Shown here: in pieces, positions 37,983 to 48,750 of the stretch
Layout of the letters: every line of letters begins with the position of its first letter
How positions within the stretch are numbered: the stretch's first letter is position 1
NCBI RefSeq assembly: GCF_913776015.1
Contig: NZ_CAJYMD010000067.1
Span: 66,274-130,273, forward strand
Direction of reading: 5' to 3'
DNA from: an uncultured Oxalicibacterium sp.
Lineage (GTDB): Bacteria; Pseudomonadota; Gammaproteobacteria; Burkholderiales; Burkholderiaceae_D
DNA length: 64,000 nucleotides
Made by a program: the position numbers and the translations under genes
Notes under the pieces: model-generated
The model's database searches: none
What the model was told of the DNA's origin: nothing
The model's input: only the letters and a program-made list of their open reading frames with translations

Positions 37983-40900
37983 ATGGAACCATCCTCTACC
38001 GATCTGAGCTGGCTGTCCGGCGGCGGCGACATGGGCAAACTGATCCGCTCGATGGACTGGTCGCAAACGGCACTCGGCCCGGTCGAGACCTGGCCCCAAA
38101 GCCTTCGCACCTCGGTCAGCCTTTGCCTTTCTTCCACTTTTCCGATCTTGGTAGCATGGGGGCCGGAAGATATCCAGATCTACAACGATGCCTATCGCCC
38201 CATCTGCGGCGATCTGCATCCTGCATCGATGGGACAGAACTTCAAGATCTGCTGGGCTTCGGCCCTGCCGGTCGTCGGCGATGCCTTTGATCGTGCGCAT
38301 GAGGGTGAAGGCACTTACATTCGCGATCAGCGCATGTTCCTCGATCGCTACGGCTATCTGGAAGAAGCGTTCATGACGTTTTCGTTTTCGCCGATCCGTG
38401 TCGAATCCGGCAATGTCGGCGGCGTCTTCCACCCGATTTCAGAAAGCACGGACAAGGTTCTCGCAGCGCGCCGGACACAAGGCTTGCGCGAACTGACGGC
38501 GCACATCGCCAAGTCACGGACTGTCACAGAACTCTGCACGGTGACGGCGGAACAGCATCCGGCATTGCAACTCGATCTGCCATTTCTACTGATCTATACC
38601 TTCGACGACGATGGCACGACCTTGCAGTTGGGCGGCCATGCCGGCTTGCCTGTGGGTTGCCCGCTGACCATCGACAAGGTTGCCATCGATCAGGCATCGA
38701 CTTGGCCATTCGGGCAGACGATCGAGAACGGCACGCTGACGGTGTTGTCCGATCTGGCTGCACGCTTTGGCGATTTCGTGTGCGAACCCTATCCGGAAGC
38801 GCCACACACGGCGGTGCTCTTACCCATCACGGTTGCAGGGCAGGAGAAACCGTTCGGTTTCGTGGTCGCTGGCGTGAGTGCGCGCCGCGCACTCGACAAG
38901 GATTACGAAAGTTTTTACGAATTGCTGATGAATGCCTTCAACACGGCCGTCGGCAACATCGTCGCCTACGAGCAGGAACAGAAACGCGCCGAGGCACTGG
39001 CTGCCATCGATCGCGCCAAGACGGTTTTCTTTTCCAATGTGTCGCATGAATTCCGCACGCCACTGACACTGATGCTGGGGCCGCTCGAAGATGCGCTGGC
39101 CGATACCGAAGAAGTGCTCAGCGAGACGCAGCGCGAACGACTGGATGTCACGCATCGCAATGCCCAGCGCTTGCTGAAACTAGTCAATGGCTTGCTGGAT
39201 TTTTCGCGTATCGAAGCCGGACGCATCCAGGCACACTATGTCAAAACCGATCTCGCACGACTGACCGAAGACCTGGCCAGTGTATTCCGTTCAGCAATGG
39301 AAAAGGCCGGACTCGACTATCGCGTCAGCGTTGCGCCAACGACAGAAGATGTCTATGTCGATCGCGACATGTGGGAGAAGATTGTCTTCAATCTGCTGTC
39401 GAATGCTTTCAAATTCACGCTGCAAGGCAGCGTGAACGTCCATCTGGCGCAAGAAGACGATACGGTGCGCTTGTCGGTTCACGATACCGGCACAGGCGTG
39501 CCGGCGCATGAGTTGCCACGACTGTTCGAACGTTTTCATCGCATTGAAACAGCACAAGGCCGCACCTATGAAGGCTCGGGCATCGGCCTAGCGCTGGTGC
39601 AGGAATTGGTAAAGCTGCACGGTGGCAGTATCGATGCAGAAAGCACGCTCGATGTCGGCACGACATTCCATGTCACCCTGCCGCTGGGCCACGAACACCT
39701 GCCCGCCGAGAACGTCAGTCATACCGATAGCGAGCCAAATGCATCACACAAAGGTGCTGCCTTTTTGCAGGAAGCATTGAGCTGGCTGCCCGACGCTGCG
39801 ACGAAAACCGTCGCGCTCGCACAGACGGCAGAAACAACTGCCGAGACCCTGCTCACGCAACCGGCGCGCATCCTGATCGCCGACGACAACAGCGACATGC
39901 GTAGCTACATTCGCCATCTGTTTGAAAAACAGGCCATTGTCGAAACCTGTGCCGACGGCGAAGAAGCCTATGAAGCCATCTTGCGTTCACCACCTGATCT
40001 GTTGCTGAGCGATGTCATGATGCCGCGTCTCGATGGTTTCGGTCTGATTCACAAGATACGCAATACGCCCGAGATACACGATGTGCCGATCATCCTGCTT
40101 TCGGCGCGCGCTGGCGAAGAGGCACGGCTGGAAGGCCTGCAGGCAGGCGCAGATGACTATCTGGTCAAACCTTTTTCGGCCAAGGAATTACAGGCGCAGG
40201 CGCAACGTCAGATCCACATCAGCCGGCAACGCAAGGCGAGTCGTCATGTTCTGGAAGAAAACGTGCGCTACTTCCAGTCCTTGGTCGATTCGTCGCCAGC
40301 CATTCTCTGGCTGACCGACGATAAAGGCATGTGTACCTATCTGAGCCGTCGCTGGCAAGACTACACCGGACGCAATGCCAAAGACGATCTTGGCACGGGC
40401 TGGCAGGAAGCAATTCACCCAGCAGATGCCGCCGCGATTGGCGCGCAGTTTGCGCAAGCCGTTGCAGATCGAACGCGCTTCAGTTTTGACTATCGCCTGT
40501 TGCGTCGCGACGGCGAATATCGCTGGGTCGTCGATGCAGGCTCCCCCTATTTCGATGAACACAACAATTTCATCGGTCATGTTGGAACGCTGGTGGATAT
40601 TCATGACACCAAGGTACTCGCCGACGATCTATCGGAAAGCAATCGCCGCCAAAGCGAGTTTCTCGTCACGCTGGCGCATGAGCTGCGCAATCCGCTAGCA
40701 CCCATTCGCAACGGCCTCGAACTGTTGCGCATGAGCGAAGGCAAGCTCAAAAACGCGGCAAACGTACAGCGCATGATTGAACGTCAAGTTGGTCATCTGA
40801 CCCATTTGGTCGATGATCTGCTGGATACGGCGCGTATCACGCGTGGCAAGATCAACCTCAAGAAAGCTGACACCTCACTCAACGAAGTGCTAGGGGATGC

Positions 40901-41783
40901 AATCGAGATTAGCATGCCGCTGATCGAGGCCAGCCGTCACCGTCTGACGGTAGACAATGCCGATCGCAACCTGCATCTCGCCATTGATCGTCACCGCATT
41001 GCACAAGTCGTCAGCAATCTTCTTAACAACGCTGCCAAGTACACGCCTGCAGGTGGCAACATCCATCTATCGGTTACGCAGAATGCAAAACAGGTTGTGA
41101 TCAGCGTCAGGGACGACGGTGTCGGCATTCCGACGGATGCTCTGGCAACAGTATTCGGCATGTTCACGCAGATACCAAACCATATTGAACGCGCTCAGGG
41201 CGGCCTGGGAATCGGGCTGTATCTGGTCAAGCGACTGGTGGAATTACACGATGGCGACGTTCGCGTGGAAAGCGCTGGCAGTGGTCTTGGCAGCAACTTT
41301 ATCGTCACGCTGCCGCTACGCCAAAGCATTCCTGAACAAGCGCCTCAGGCGGTAGAAAAACCAGAAACCGGAAATCCGGCATCGTTGCGCATCCTCGTGG
41401 TGGACGACAATGAGGATGCTGCATCCAGCCTGGCAGAAATCATGACGCATTATGGGCATCAGACAAGAGCAGTCCATCGTGGCCGGGAGGCGCTGCTAGC
41501 GAGCATGACTTTCAAGCCGCAAATGGTGTTTCTCGATATCGGCTTACCCGACATGACGGGCTATGAAGTGCTTGAACAGCTCCAAAAGCTGCCTGATTTG
41601 CACAACACGCTTTTCGTGGCGCTAACCGGCTGGGGATCGGAGGCCGATATCGTGCAGGCAAAGCAAGTGGGCTTTCATCACCACTTGACGAAACCCGCTT
41701 CGGTAGAAGCGCTTGGGGTATTGCTTGCCACACGCCCCCAAGATGATACGTTCGGTTCACAACGCGGCGCACAACTGCATTGA
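37983..41783 (+). CDS. Cytoplasmic hybrid sensor kinase: PAS/GAF-like - HK1 - REC - PAS - HK2 - REC
   Basis: H-boxes VSHEFRTPL and LAHELRNPL, two HATPase blocks (GSGIGL, GGLGIGL), receivers LLSDVMMP and FLDIGLP, no TM segment. Confidence 0.9.
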   Translation: MEPSSTDLSWLSGGGDMGKLIRSMDWSQTALGPVETWPQSLRTSVSLCLSSTFPILVAWGPEDIQIYNDAYRPICGDLHPASMGQNFKICWASALPVVGDAFDRAHEGEGTYIRDQRMFLDRYGYLEEAFMTFSFSPIRVESGNVGGVFHPISESTDKVLAARRTQGLRELTAHIAKSRTVTELCTVTAEQHPALQLDLPFLLIYTFDDDGTTLQLGGHAGLPVGCPLTIDKVAIDQASTWPFGQTIENGTLTVLSDLAARFGDFVCEPYPEAPHTAVLLPITVAGQEKPFGFVVAGVSARRALDKDYESFYELLMNAFNTAVGNIVAYEQEQKRAEALAAIDRAKTVFFSNVSHEFRTPLTLMLGPLEDALADTEEVLSETQRERLDVTHRNAQRLLKLVNGLLDFSRIEAGRIQAHYVKTDLARLTEDLASVFRSAMEKAGLDYRVSVAPTTEDVYVDRDMWEKIVFNLLSNAFKFTLQGSVNVHLAQEDDTVRLSVHDTGTGVPAHELPRLFERFHRIETAQGRTYEGSGIGLALVQELVKLHGGSIDAESTLDVGTTFHVTLPLGHEHLPAENVSHTDSEPNASHKGAAFLQEALSWLPDAATKTVALAQTAETTAETLLTQPARILIADDNSDMRSYIRHLFEKQAIVETCADGEEAYEAILRSPPDLLLSDVMMPRLDGFGLIHKIRNTPEIHDVPIILLSARAGEEARLEGLQAGADDYLVKPFSAKELQAQAQRQIHISRQRKASRHVLEENVRYFQSLVDSSPAILWLTDDKGMCTYLSRRWQDYTGRNAKDDLGTGWQEAIHPADAAAIGAQFAQAVADRTRFSFDYRLLRRDGEYRWVVDAGSPYFDEHNNFIGHVGTLVDIHDTKVLADDLSESNRRQSEFLVTLAHELRNPLAPIRNGLELLRMSEGKLKNAANVQRMIERQVGHLTHLVDDLLDTARITRGKINLKKADTSLNEVLGDAIEISMPLIEASRHRLTVDNADRNLHLAIDRHRIAQVVSNLLNNAAKYTPAGGNIHLSVTQNAKQVVISVRDDGVGIPTDALATVFGMFTQIPNHIERAQGGLGIGLYLVKRLVELHDGDVRVESAGSGLGSNFIVTLPLRQSIPEQAPQAVEKPETGNPASLRILVVDDNEDAASSLAEIMTHYGHQTRAVHRGREALLASMTFKPQMVFLDIGLPDMTGYEVLEQLQKLPDLHNTLFVALTGWGSEADIVQAKQVGFHHHLTKPASVEALGVLLATRPQDDTFGSQRGAQLH

Positions 41784-41831
41784 TAAGAACAGGAGCGTTG
41801 CCGCACAGGGTGGCACCGCGCCGCAGCCAAC

Positions 41832-41866
41832 AAAAAAAGCCGTGAAAGCTTGTGCGATCACGGCTT
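41832..41866 (-). terminator. Intrinsic terminator after dps
   Basis: aagccgtga ... tcacggctt stem with a poly-A run on + (U-tract on -). Confidence 0.7.
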
Positions 41867-41909
41867 GATTCAAGACAGCCTGCGTAAAAGCCGCAGGTGT
41901 CGGTCGCGC

Positions 41910-42404
41910 TTACTCTTCCAGCAGGCTGCGCAGCATCCACGCCGTTTTCTCGTGCACTTCCAGACGACGCGTCAGCAGATCGGCCGTTGGTTGGTCGTTC
42001 GCCTTGTCGACGATGGGGAAAATGTTTCGGCCAGTACGTGCAGTCGCTTCATGCGCTGCCACCAAATACGCCACCATATCCATGGCTTTGGGCACACCGG
42101 CGACTTCCTTGACTGTAGCCAGTTTGGCAAATTGGGCATAGGTGCCCGGCGCAGCATAACCGAGTGCGCGAATGCGTTCGGCGATTTCATCGAGCGCGGC
42201 CCATTGTTCGGTGTACTGCGTCATGAACATGGTGTGCAGGCTGGTGAACATCGGGCCCGTCACGTTCCAATGGAAGTTATGCGTCATCAGGTACAGCGTG
42301 TAGCTGTCGGCCAGAAAGCCCGACAGTCCCTCGGCGATCTTGGCGCGGTCTTTTTCGGAAATACCGATATCGATCTTGGTTGGATTGGTTTTCTTGGTTG
42401 CCAT
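41910..42404 (-). CDS. dps: Dps-family ferritin-like DNA protection protein
   Basis: THNFHWNVTGPMF..LH.MF, DEIAERIRALG, HEKTAWML; start trimmed to MATKKTN. Confidence 0.94.
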   Translation of the reverse strand: MATKKTNPTKIDIGISEKDRAKIAEGLSGFLADSYTLYLMTHNFHWNVTGPMFTSLHTMFMTQYTEQWAALDEIAERIRALGYAAPGTYAQFAKLATVKEVAGVPKAMDMVAYLVAAHEATARTGRNIFPIVDKANDQPTADLLTRRLEVHEKTAWMLRSLLEE

Positions 42405-42654
42405 AGTGGTAGTCCCCATCAAAGTGGAATCATGATCATACTGAATTTTCTTGATACAAGCACAAGCCTCGCGGATGTATTGAAACGGCCGACATGCAGG
42501 CGGTAAGCGGCAGGGCTGCGTGATATCATGCGGGTTCGCGAAAACAGGCGATTCGATGCAGTATGGCATGTCTTGTTTCGCACAGTCCGTGCGCTTTCGA
42601 ACCGGTTGCGCGGCGTGCCCATGCGGGCCAGTCTCTTCTGAACACCATCATTTC

Positions 42655-43002
42655 ATGCCGCTCATGCCGCTGTTTCGTCTTGTCATCTGTTGCGCACTAG
42701 CCTTTGCCACATGGAGCGCACACGCCTTCGAGCGGCCGTTTCCGCCAAGCGCCAAGCGCGGTGTCATGACGCCGGGCATGTACCCCGAGATCACGCTCGA
42801 CAGCAAGGCACGCCGATTGTCAGCCGGTTCGCGCATCTGGAATCGCGACAACCTGATCCAGATGCCGGCCAGCCTGCCGAGCACGCAGATGACGGTCCAC
42901 TACACGGAAGATATAGAAGGCAATATCGATCGCGTGTGGATTCTGACCGACGAAGAGATCAAGAAGCCGGCGCCGAAACCCGCGACTGAGACGACGGAAT
43001 AG
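42655..43002 (+). CDS. Hypothetical exported protein
   Basis: Signal peptide ending AHA-F, host-like codon usage, lies upstream of miaB. Confidence 0.7.
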   Translation: MPLMPLFRLVICCALAFATWSAHAFERPFPPSAKRGVMTPGMYPEITLDSKARRLSAGSRIWNRDNLIQMPASLPSTQMTVHYTEDIEGNIDRVWILTDEEIKKPAPKPATETTE

Positions 43003-43093
43003 CAACAGTCAATGACTGTCACCGGCACGGCACGCCATTTGCGCTCCCTGTGACGAGTGACACACCAACCCACGCAGCAATTAAGTAGCAATC

Positions 43094-44434
43094 ATGCAGA
43101 AAAAGATATACATCAAGACGTTCGGTTGCCAAATGAACGAGTACGACTCGGACAAGATGGCCGATGTCCTCAATGCATCGGAAGGCTTGATCAAGACCGA
43201 CAAGCCCGAGGAAGCCGACGTCATCCTGCTCAACACCTGCTCGGTGCGCGAAAAGGCGCAGGAAAAAGTGTTTTCGGATCTGGGCCGCCTGCGCGAACTA
43301 AAGCGTAACAATCCCGACCTGCTGATCGGCGTCGGCGGTTGCGTGGCGTCGCAGGAAGGCGATGCCATCGTCAAGCGCGCGCCGTATGTGGATGTCGTGT
43401 TCGGCCCGCAAACCCTGCACCGCCTGCCAGAGATGCTCAAGCAGCGCCGCACCAGCGGTCGTTCACAAGTCGATATCAGCTTCCCCGAAATCGAAAAGTT
43501 CGATCACATGCCGCCGGCGCGCGTCGAAGGACCAACCGCCTTCGTTTCCATCATGGAAGGCTGCAGCAAGTATTGCAGCTATTGCGTGGTGCCCTACACG
43601 CGCGGCGAAGAAGTCTCGCGCCGTTTCGAGGATGTACTGGCTGAAGTCGCCGGGCTTGAAGCGCAAGGCGTAAAGGAAATCACGCTGCTGGGCCAGAACG
43701 TCAATGCCTATCGCGGCAAGATGGAGGATGGCGAGATTGCCGACTTTGCGCTGCTGATCGAATACATCGCCGAACTGCCGGGCATCGAACGCATTCGCTT
43801 CGTGACCAGCCATCCCAAGGAATTCACGCAACGCCTGATCGATACCTATGCCAAGGTGCCGAAGCTCGTCGATCATTTGTATCTGCCGGCACAGCACGGT
43901 TCGGATCGCATCCTAGCAGCGATGAAGCGCGGTTACACCTCGCTCGAATACAAGTCCGTTTTGCGCAAACTGCGCGCGATTCGCCCGAACATTTCGATCT
44001 CGTCCGATTTCATCGTCGGTTTCCCGGGTGAAACCGACGAAGATTTCGAAGCGATGATGAAGCTGATCACCGATATCGGTTACGACAACAGCTTCAGCTT
44101 CATCTTCAGTCCACGCCCCGGCACGCCCGCCGCGAATCTGGAAGACGATACGCCGCATGAGGTGAAGCTCGCCCGCCTGCAACGCCTGCAAGCCGTGATC
44201 GATGCTAATACGCGCCGCTACAGCGACCAGATGGTGAGCACGATCCAGCGCGTCCTGGTAGAAAGCGTATCGAAGAAGGAAGCCGACGACCTGCAAGGCC
44301 GTACCGAAAACAATCGCGTGGTCAACTTTGCCGGCGGCCCGCATGCGGAACGTCTGATCGGCCAGATGGTCGATCTGAATATCACGCAGTCGCACGGCTA
44401 TACGCTGCGCGGCGAAATCGTTGTCAAACAGTAA
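43094..44434 (+). CDS. miaB: tRNA-i6A37 methylthiotransferase
   Basis: [18 protein letters not shown], radical [12 protein letters not shown]-terminal TRAM domain. Confidence 0.97.
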   Translation: MQKKIYIKTFGCQMNEYDSDKMADVLNASEGLIKTDKPEEADVILLNTCSVREKAQEKVFSDLGRLRELKRNNPDLLIGVGGCVASQEGDAIVKRAPYVDVVFGPQTLHRLPEMLKQRRTSGRSQVDISFPEIEKFDHMPPARVEGPTAFVSIMEGCSKYCSYCVVPYTRGEEVSRRFEDVLAEVAGLEAQGVKEITLLGQNVNAYRGKMEDGEIADFALLIEYIAELPGIERIRFVTSHPKEFTQRLIDTYAKVPKLVDHLYLPAQHGSDRILAAMKRGYTSLEYKSVLRKLRAIRPNISISSDFIVGFPGETDEDFEAMMKLITDIGYDNSFSFIFSPRPGTPAANLEDDTPHEVKLARLQRLQAVIDANTRRYSDQMVSTIQRVLVESVSKKEADDLQGRTENNRVVNFAGGPHAERLIGQMVDLNITQSHGYTLRGEIVVKQ

Positions 44435-44454
44435 GTCACTTTTCCTGACCTATC

Positions 44455-45525
44455 TTGAAAACAAAAACCGCCGTCCAGCCTTCATATTTCATTCCCGAGC
44501 CGCTCGACAACAAGCGCCTTGCCCATCTGTGCGGGCCGATGGACGAGAACCTGCGCCAGATTTCGGCTGCGCTCGACGTCACCGTCTTTCGTCGCGGCGA
44601 GAAATTCATCGTCAGCGGCAGCAATGCCGCACGCGCCGTCGCCATCCTCGAACACTTCTACGACGAGGCCGATCGCGTCATTCCGCTGGAAGAAGTGCAA
44701 CTGGCACTGGTTGAGCAACGCGCCGAACTGGCCGAACCCGACCTGATCATCACCGCACCCGCAAAAAGCGGCAGCAAGAAAAAAACGACCGAGTCGGTCA
44801 CGGAAACACCTATCACGCTGAAGACGCGCAAGCATGATTTGCGCGGCCGCACGCCGCATCAGGTGCAATACCTGAAGGCGATCATGGAGCATGACATCAC
44901 CTTCGGCATCGGGCCCGCCGGTACCGGCAAGACCTATCTGGCCGTCGCCTGTGCGGTCGATGCACTGGAGCGTGATGCAGTCAAGCGCATTATCCTGACC
45001 CGCCCCGCAGTCGAAGCCGGTGAACGCCTGGGCTTTCTGCCCGGCGATCTGTCACAGAAGATCGATCCCTACCTGCGCCCGCTGTATGACGCGCTCTACG
45101 ACCTGCTGGGATTCGATCGCACGCAAAAGATGTTTGAAAAGCAAGCCATCGAAATTGCGCCGCTGGCGTACATGCGCGGTCGCACGCTGAATCATGCTTT
45201 CGTGATTCTCGATGAAGCACAGAACACCACGCCCGAGCAGATGAAGATGTTCCTGACGCGCATCGGTTTCGGCAGCAAGGCTGTCATCACGGGCGACATT
45301 ACGCAGATCGATTTGCAGCAAAACCAGCGCAGCGGCCTAGTCGAAGCGATGGATGTCCTCGGCAAGGTACGCGGACTGGCATTCACGCAGTTTTCCAGCG
45401 CCGACGTGGTGCGCCATCCTTTGGTGGCACGCATCGTCGATGCCTATGATCAGGCAAAAAAGCCTGCTGCGAAAACCGCCGCAACTACCGCAAAATCTCG
45501 CAGCCCCCGCGCCACCCGTACCTGA
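44455..45525 (+). CDS. ybeZ: PhoH-family ATPase (YbeZ)
   Basis: GPAGTGKTY, RPAVEAGERLGFLPGD, YMRGRT, DEAQN, DVVRHPLV; TTG start. Confidence 0.93.
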   Translation: MKTKTAVQPSYFIPEPLDNKRLAHLCGPMDENLRQISAALDVTVFRRGEKFIVSGSNAARAVAILEHFYDEADRVIPLEEVQLALVEQRAELAEPDLIITAPAKSGSKKKTTESVTETPITLKTRKHDLRGRTPHQVQYLKAIMEHDITFGIGPAGTGKTYLAVACAVDALERDAVKRIILTRPAVEAGERLGFLPGDLSQKIDPYLRPLYDALYDLLGFDRTQKMFEKQAIEIAPLAYMRGRTLNHAFVILDEAQNTTPEQMKMFLTRIGFGSKAVITGDITQIDLQQNQRSGLVEAMDVLGKVRGLAFTQFSSADVVRHPLVARIVDAYDQAKKPAAKTAATTAKSRSPRATRT

Positions 45526-45548
45526 ACATCGACGCACAAGAAGCGATC

Positions 45549-46007
45549 ATGCAACAAGCCAACAAACTCACCCTGTCGGTGCAATACGCCGATTCCAGCC
45601 TGCAACAAACCCTGACGCGCCCCTTGCTGCGGCGCTGGGCCAAGGCGGCGCTGTTCGCACCGGCGCAAATCACGTTGCGTTTCGTCGATGCAGAAGAAGG
45701 CCGAGCGCTTAATCAAGCTTATCGCGGCAAGGATTACGCGACCAATGTGCTGACGTTCGCCTATACCGAAAACGAGGAAGACGAGACGCAGGCCGACATC
45801 ATCTTCTGTTCCGACGTACTGGTGCGCGAGGCGGAAGAACAGAAAAAAACTTTGGAAGCGCATGCCGCACACCTGGTAATTCATGGCATGCTTCATGCTC
45901 AGGGTTACGATCATGAATCGGATGAAGAAGCCGATGAAATGGAAGCTCTGGAAGTAGAAATTCTGGCAACTCTTGGTTTTTCCAATCCGTATCAAAACGA
46001 CAGTTGA
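45549..46007 (+). CDS. ybeY: Endoribonuclease YbeY
   Basis: YRGKDYATNVLTF, HGMLHAQGYDH. Confidence 0.96.
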   Translation: MQQANKLTLSVQYADSSLQQTLTRPLLRRWAKAALFAPAQITLRFVDAEEGRALNQAYRGKDYATNVLTFAYTENEEDETQADIIFCSDVLVREAEEQKKTLEAHAAHLVIHGMLHAQGYDHESDEEADEMEALEVEILATLGFSNPYQNDS

Positions 46008-46020
46008 TGCCGAGGTCACC

Positions 46021-46149
46021 ATGAACGCGCTGCTTTATGCTCTCTGTGTTTTCGCTCTGCCACTTTGGGTTTTCTGGGGATTGCACCTTTTCCTGGAGTT
46101 TCGCGATCAGGCCCGCGCCCAGCAGCCGCAAAAGGAAGATGACATTTAA
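46021..46149 (+). CDS. Putative 42-aa single-pass membrane micro-protein
   Basis: GAGGT RBS then MNALLYALCVFALPLWVFWGLHLFLEFRDQARAQQPQKEDDI*; too short to appear in the ORF track. Confidence 0.6.
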   Translation: MNALLYALCVFALPLWVFWGLHLFLEFRDQARAQQPQKEDDI

Positions 46150-46278
46150 TCTTTCTGCCAGCAGACCTGACCGGCAAGTTTCAACATGGCGTTCGAAGCG
46201 GCACTTTTGAGCCTCGGCGTTGTTTTGTTGTATCCTGATCGTCCTTGAACTACCGCTCCGCACCCGGCATTACGCCTT

Positions 46279-47163
46279 ATGCAAGACAACTCTCCATCTG
46301 AAAAGCCGGCCGATGCCAAGCCGCATCGCTCTCTCTTCGAACGTCTGACGGCGCTGGTCGCGCCGGAACCCGAAAGCCGTACCGAACTCCTCGCCATCCT
46401 GCAGGACGCCCACGAACGCAAGCTGATCGACGCCGACGCCATGTCGATGATCGAAGGCGTGTTCGAGGTTTCCGAACTGTCCGCGCGCGACATCATGGTG
46501 CCGCGTGCACAGATGGATGTGGTCGATGTCAGCAAGCCGATCGAGGAATGGTTGCCGATGGTGCTGGAAACGGCGCATTCGCGTTTCCCGGCCGTCGATG
46601 GCGAGCGTGACAACGTCGTCGGCATTCTTTTGGCTAAGGACTTGCTGCGCTATTACGCCGAAGAATCGTTTGACGTACGCCAATCGCTGCGCAAAGCCGT
46701 CTTCATTCCCGAATCGAAACGGCTGAATGTACTGCTGACGGATTTCCGCTCCAAGCACAATCACATGGCGATCGTGGTGGATGAATACGGTGGCGTCGCG
46801 GGTCTGATCACGATCGAGGACGTACTGGAACAGATCGTCGGCGATATCGAGGACGAATACGATTTCGACGAGGAAGAAGACAACATCCTCGCCATTGCCG
46901 CCGGCAAGGATGGTCCACGCTGGCGCGTGCGTGCACTGACCGAAATCGCCCAGTTCAACGAAGAAGTCGGCACGACCCTAGTCAACCCGAATGTCGAAAC
47001 GATTGGCGGCTTCATCACTGATCATCTGGCGCGTGTGCCGCAGAAAGACGAAGAGATCGTCATCGACGACTTGCGCTTCCGCGTGGTACGTGCCGATGCC
47101 CGTCACATCCACATGCTGCTGGTGGAAAAACTGCCGGCCAGCGAGCAAGCAGTTGCGGAATGA
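46279..47163 (+). CDS. corC: CBS/CorC-HlyC Mg2+/Co2+ homeostasis protein (YbeX)
   Basis: AHSRFP, ILLAKDLL, HMAIVVDEYGG..GL.TIEDVLEQIVGDIEDE. Confidence 0.94.
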   Translation: MQDNSPSEKPADAKPHRSLFERLTALVAPEPESRTELLAILQDAHERKLIDADAMSMIEGVFEVSELSARDIMVPRAQMDVVDVSKPIEEWLPMVLETAHSRFPAVDGERDNVVGILLAKDLLRYYAEESFDVRQSLRKAVFIPESKRLNVLLTDFRSKHNHMAIVVDEYGGVAGLITIEDVLEQIVGDIEDEYDFDEEEDNILAIAAGKDGPRWRVRALTEIAQFNEEVGTTLVNPNVETIGGFITDHLARVPQKDEEIVIDDLRFRVVRADARHIHMLLVEKLPASEQAVAE

Positions 47164-47205
47164 TCGTCGCGCAACCAATCAGCATGGACTGATTGGTTCG
47201 CCAGC

Positions 47206-48750
47206 GTGAACATGCCGCCTCCCTTTTCCCGGACGAAGACCTTGCATGCCATCCTGCTGGCATTGCTGGGCGGAGGCCTGTCCGTCTTCAGCTTTGCACC
47301 ATTCGGCTGGTGGCCCTTGCAATATGCCACGCTGGCTCTGTTGCTCCATCTGCTGGCACAGACATCCTCGATACGCACAAGCTTTCTGATCGGCTGGGCT
47401 TTCGGCACCGGTTGGCTGGCAGCAGGCGTGTACTGGTTGTTCATCAGCATGCATCAATACGGCGGCATGCCGGCACCAATGGCGGGCTTGGCCGTCTTGC
47501 TGCTGTCAGGATTTCTGAGTCTGCTGCCTGCCGGCGCTTTTGCCTTTGCTGCATGGATGCGAACACGCTGCACCTTGCCGCACGCGGCTTTTCTGTTGCT
47601 CGTCCTGCCCGCCATGTGGGCGCTCTCCGAATGGACACGCGGCTGGATTTTCACGGGCTTTCCCTGGATTGCCTCCGGCTATGCACACAGCAATGCGCCG
47701 TTGGCCGGCTACGCTTCGCTGATCGGTGTCTATGGCATTGGCTGGTTGGCCGCGCTGATCGCCGGCACTCTGCTGTTGGTGCGCGAACGCAAGGCATGGA
47801 TCGCATTGCCGGTTGTCGTGCTGGCCGGCGGCATGGGTTTGCAGACTTTTCTGTGGACGCAACCGCACGGCACGCCGATTTCGGTGCGTCTGCTGCAAGG
47901 CAATGTGCCGCAGGAAATCAAGTTCGATGTCGATCAGGCCAACCTGACCTTGCGTCAGTACGAAGACCTGATGCGCGCCGCACCCGCCGATCTGATCGCC
48001 ACGCCGGAAACCGCGCTGCCCCTGCTGTTGCATCAGTTGCCTGAGGACTATCTGCCTCGCCTGGCCGAATTTGCGACAGCGACCGGCAGCCACCTCGCTA
48101 TCGGCGTGCCCGTCAGCGACAGTTCGCAAGCCTATGCCAACAGCGTGATCGGCATCGCGCCTGCAGAAACCGGATCGCCGAAGCTCTACCGTTACGACAA
48201 GCATCATCTGGTGCCTTTCGGCGAATTCATCCCCTTCGGTTTCCGCTGGTTCGTCAACATGATGCACATCCCGCTCGGCGATTTCACACGCGGCAGCGAC
48301 AAACCTTGGCCGTTCGCCGTCAAGGATCAATGGGTCTTGCCTAATATCTGCTACGAAGATCTGTTCGGCGAAGAAATCGCCGGCCAGTTACGTGCGGCCC
48401 GCGCTGATGGCACGCCAGAAGCCAGTATGCTGCTCAACGTTTCCAACATCGCGTGGTTTGGCGATTCAATCGCGCTACCGCAACATCTGCAAATCTCGCA
48501 ATTGCGCGCATTGGAAACCGGGCGCCCCATGATGCGCGCCACCAACACGGGCGCAACGGCCGTCATCGATCCGCACGGCAAGGTCGCTGCACTACTCGCG
48601 CCTTTCACTCTGGATACGCTAACGGCATCGGTACAAGGTTATCGCGGTACCACGCCCTACATCCTGCTTGGCAATGCAGCGATTGTTCTGCTTGCCCTGC
48701 TGGCGCTGGTCTCTGCCGTGTTGATCGGCCGCCGCGCAAAGCATCACTGA
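47206..48750 (+). CDS. lnt: Apolipoprotein N-acyltransferase
   Basis: GFPW, QGNVPQ, PETA, YDKHHLVPFGE, ICYEDLF, NTG. Confidence 0.95.
   Translation: MNMPPPFSRTKTLHAILLALLGGGLSVFSFAPFGWWPLQYATLALLLHLLAQTSSIRTSFLIGWAFGTGWLAAGVYWLFISMHQYGGMPAPMAGLAVLLLSGFLSLLPAGAFAFAAWMRTRCTLPHAAFLLLVLPAMWALSEWTRGWIFTGFPWIASGYAHSNAPLAGYASLIGVYGIGWLAALIAGTLLLVRERKAWIALPVVVLAGGMGLQTFLWTQPHGTPISVRLLQGNVPQEIKFDVDQANLTLRQYEDLMRAAPADLIATPETALPLLLHQLPEDYLPRLAEFATATGSHLAIGVPVSDSSQAYANSVIGIAPAETGSPKLYRYDKHHLVPFGEFIPFGFRWFVNMMHIPLGDFTRGSDKPWPFAVKDQWVLPNICYEDLFGEEIAGQLRAARADGTPEASMLLNVSNIAWFGDSIALPQHLQISQLRALETGRPMMRATNTGATAVIDPHGKVAALLAPFTLDTLTASVQGYRGTTPYILLGNAAIVLLALLALVSAVLIGRRAKHH

Noticed and set aside
37723-43093. 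Genomic island integrated at tRNA-Met
   Set aside because: No integrase and no duplicated tRNA 3' end found by eye; composition is close to the host
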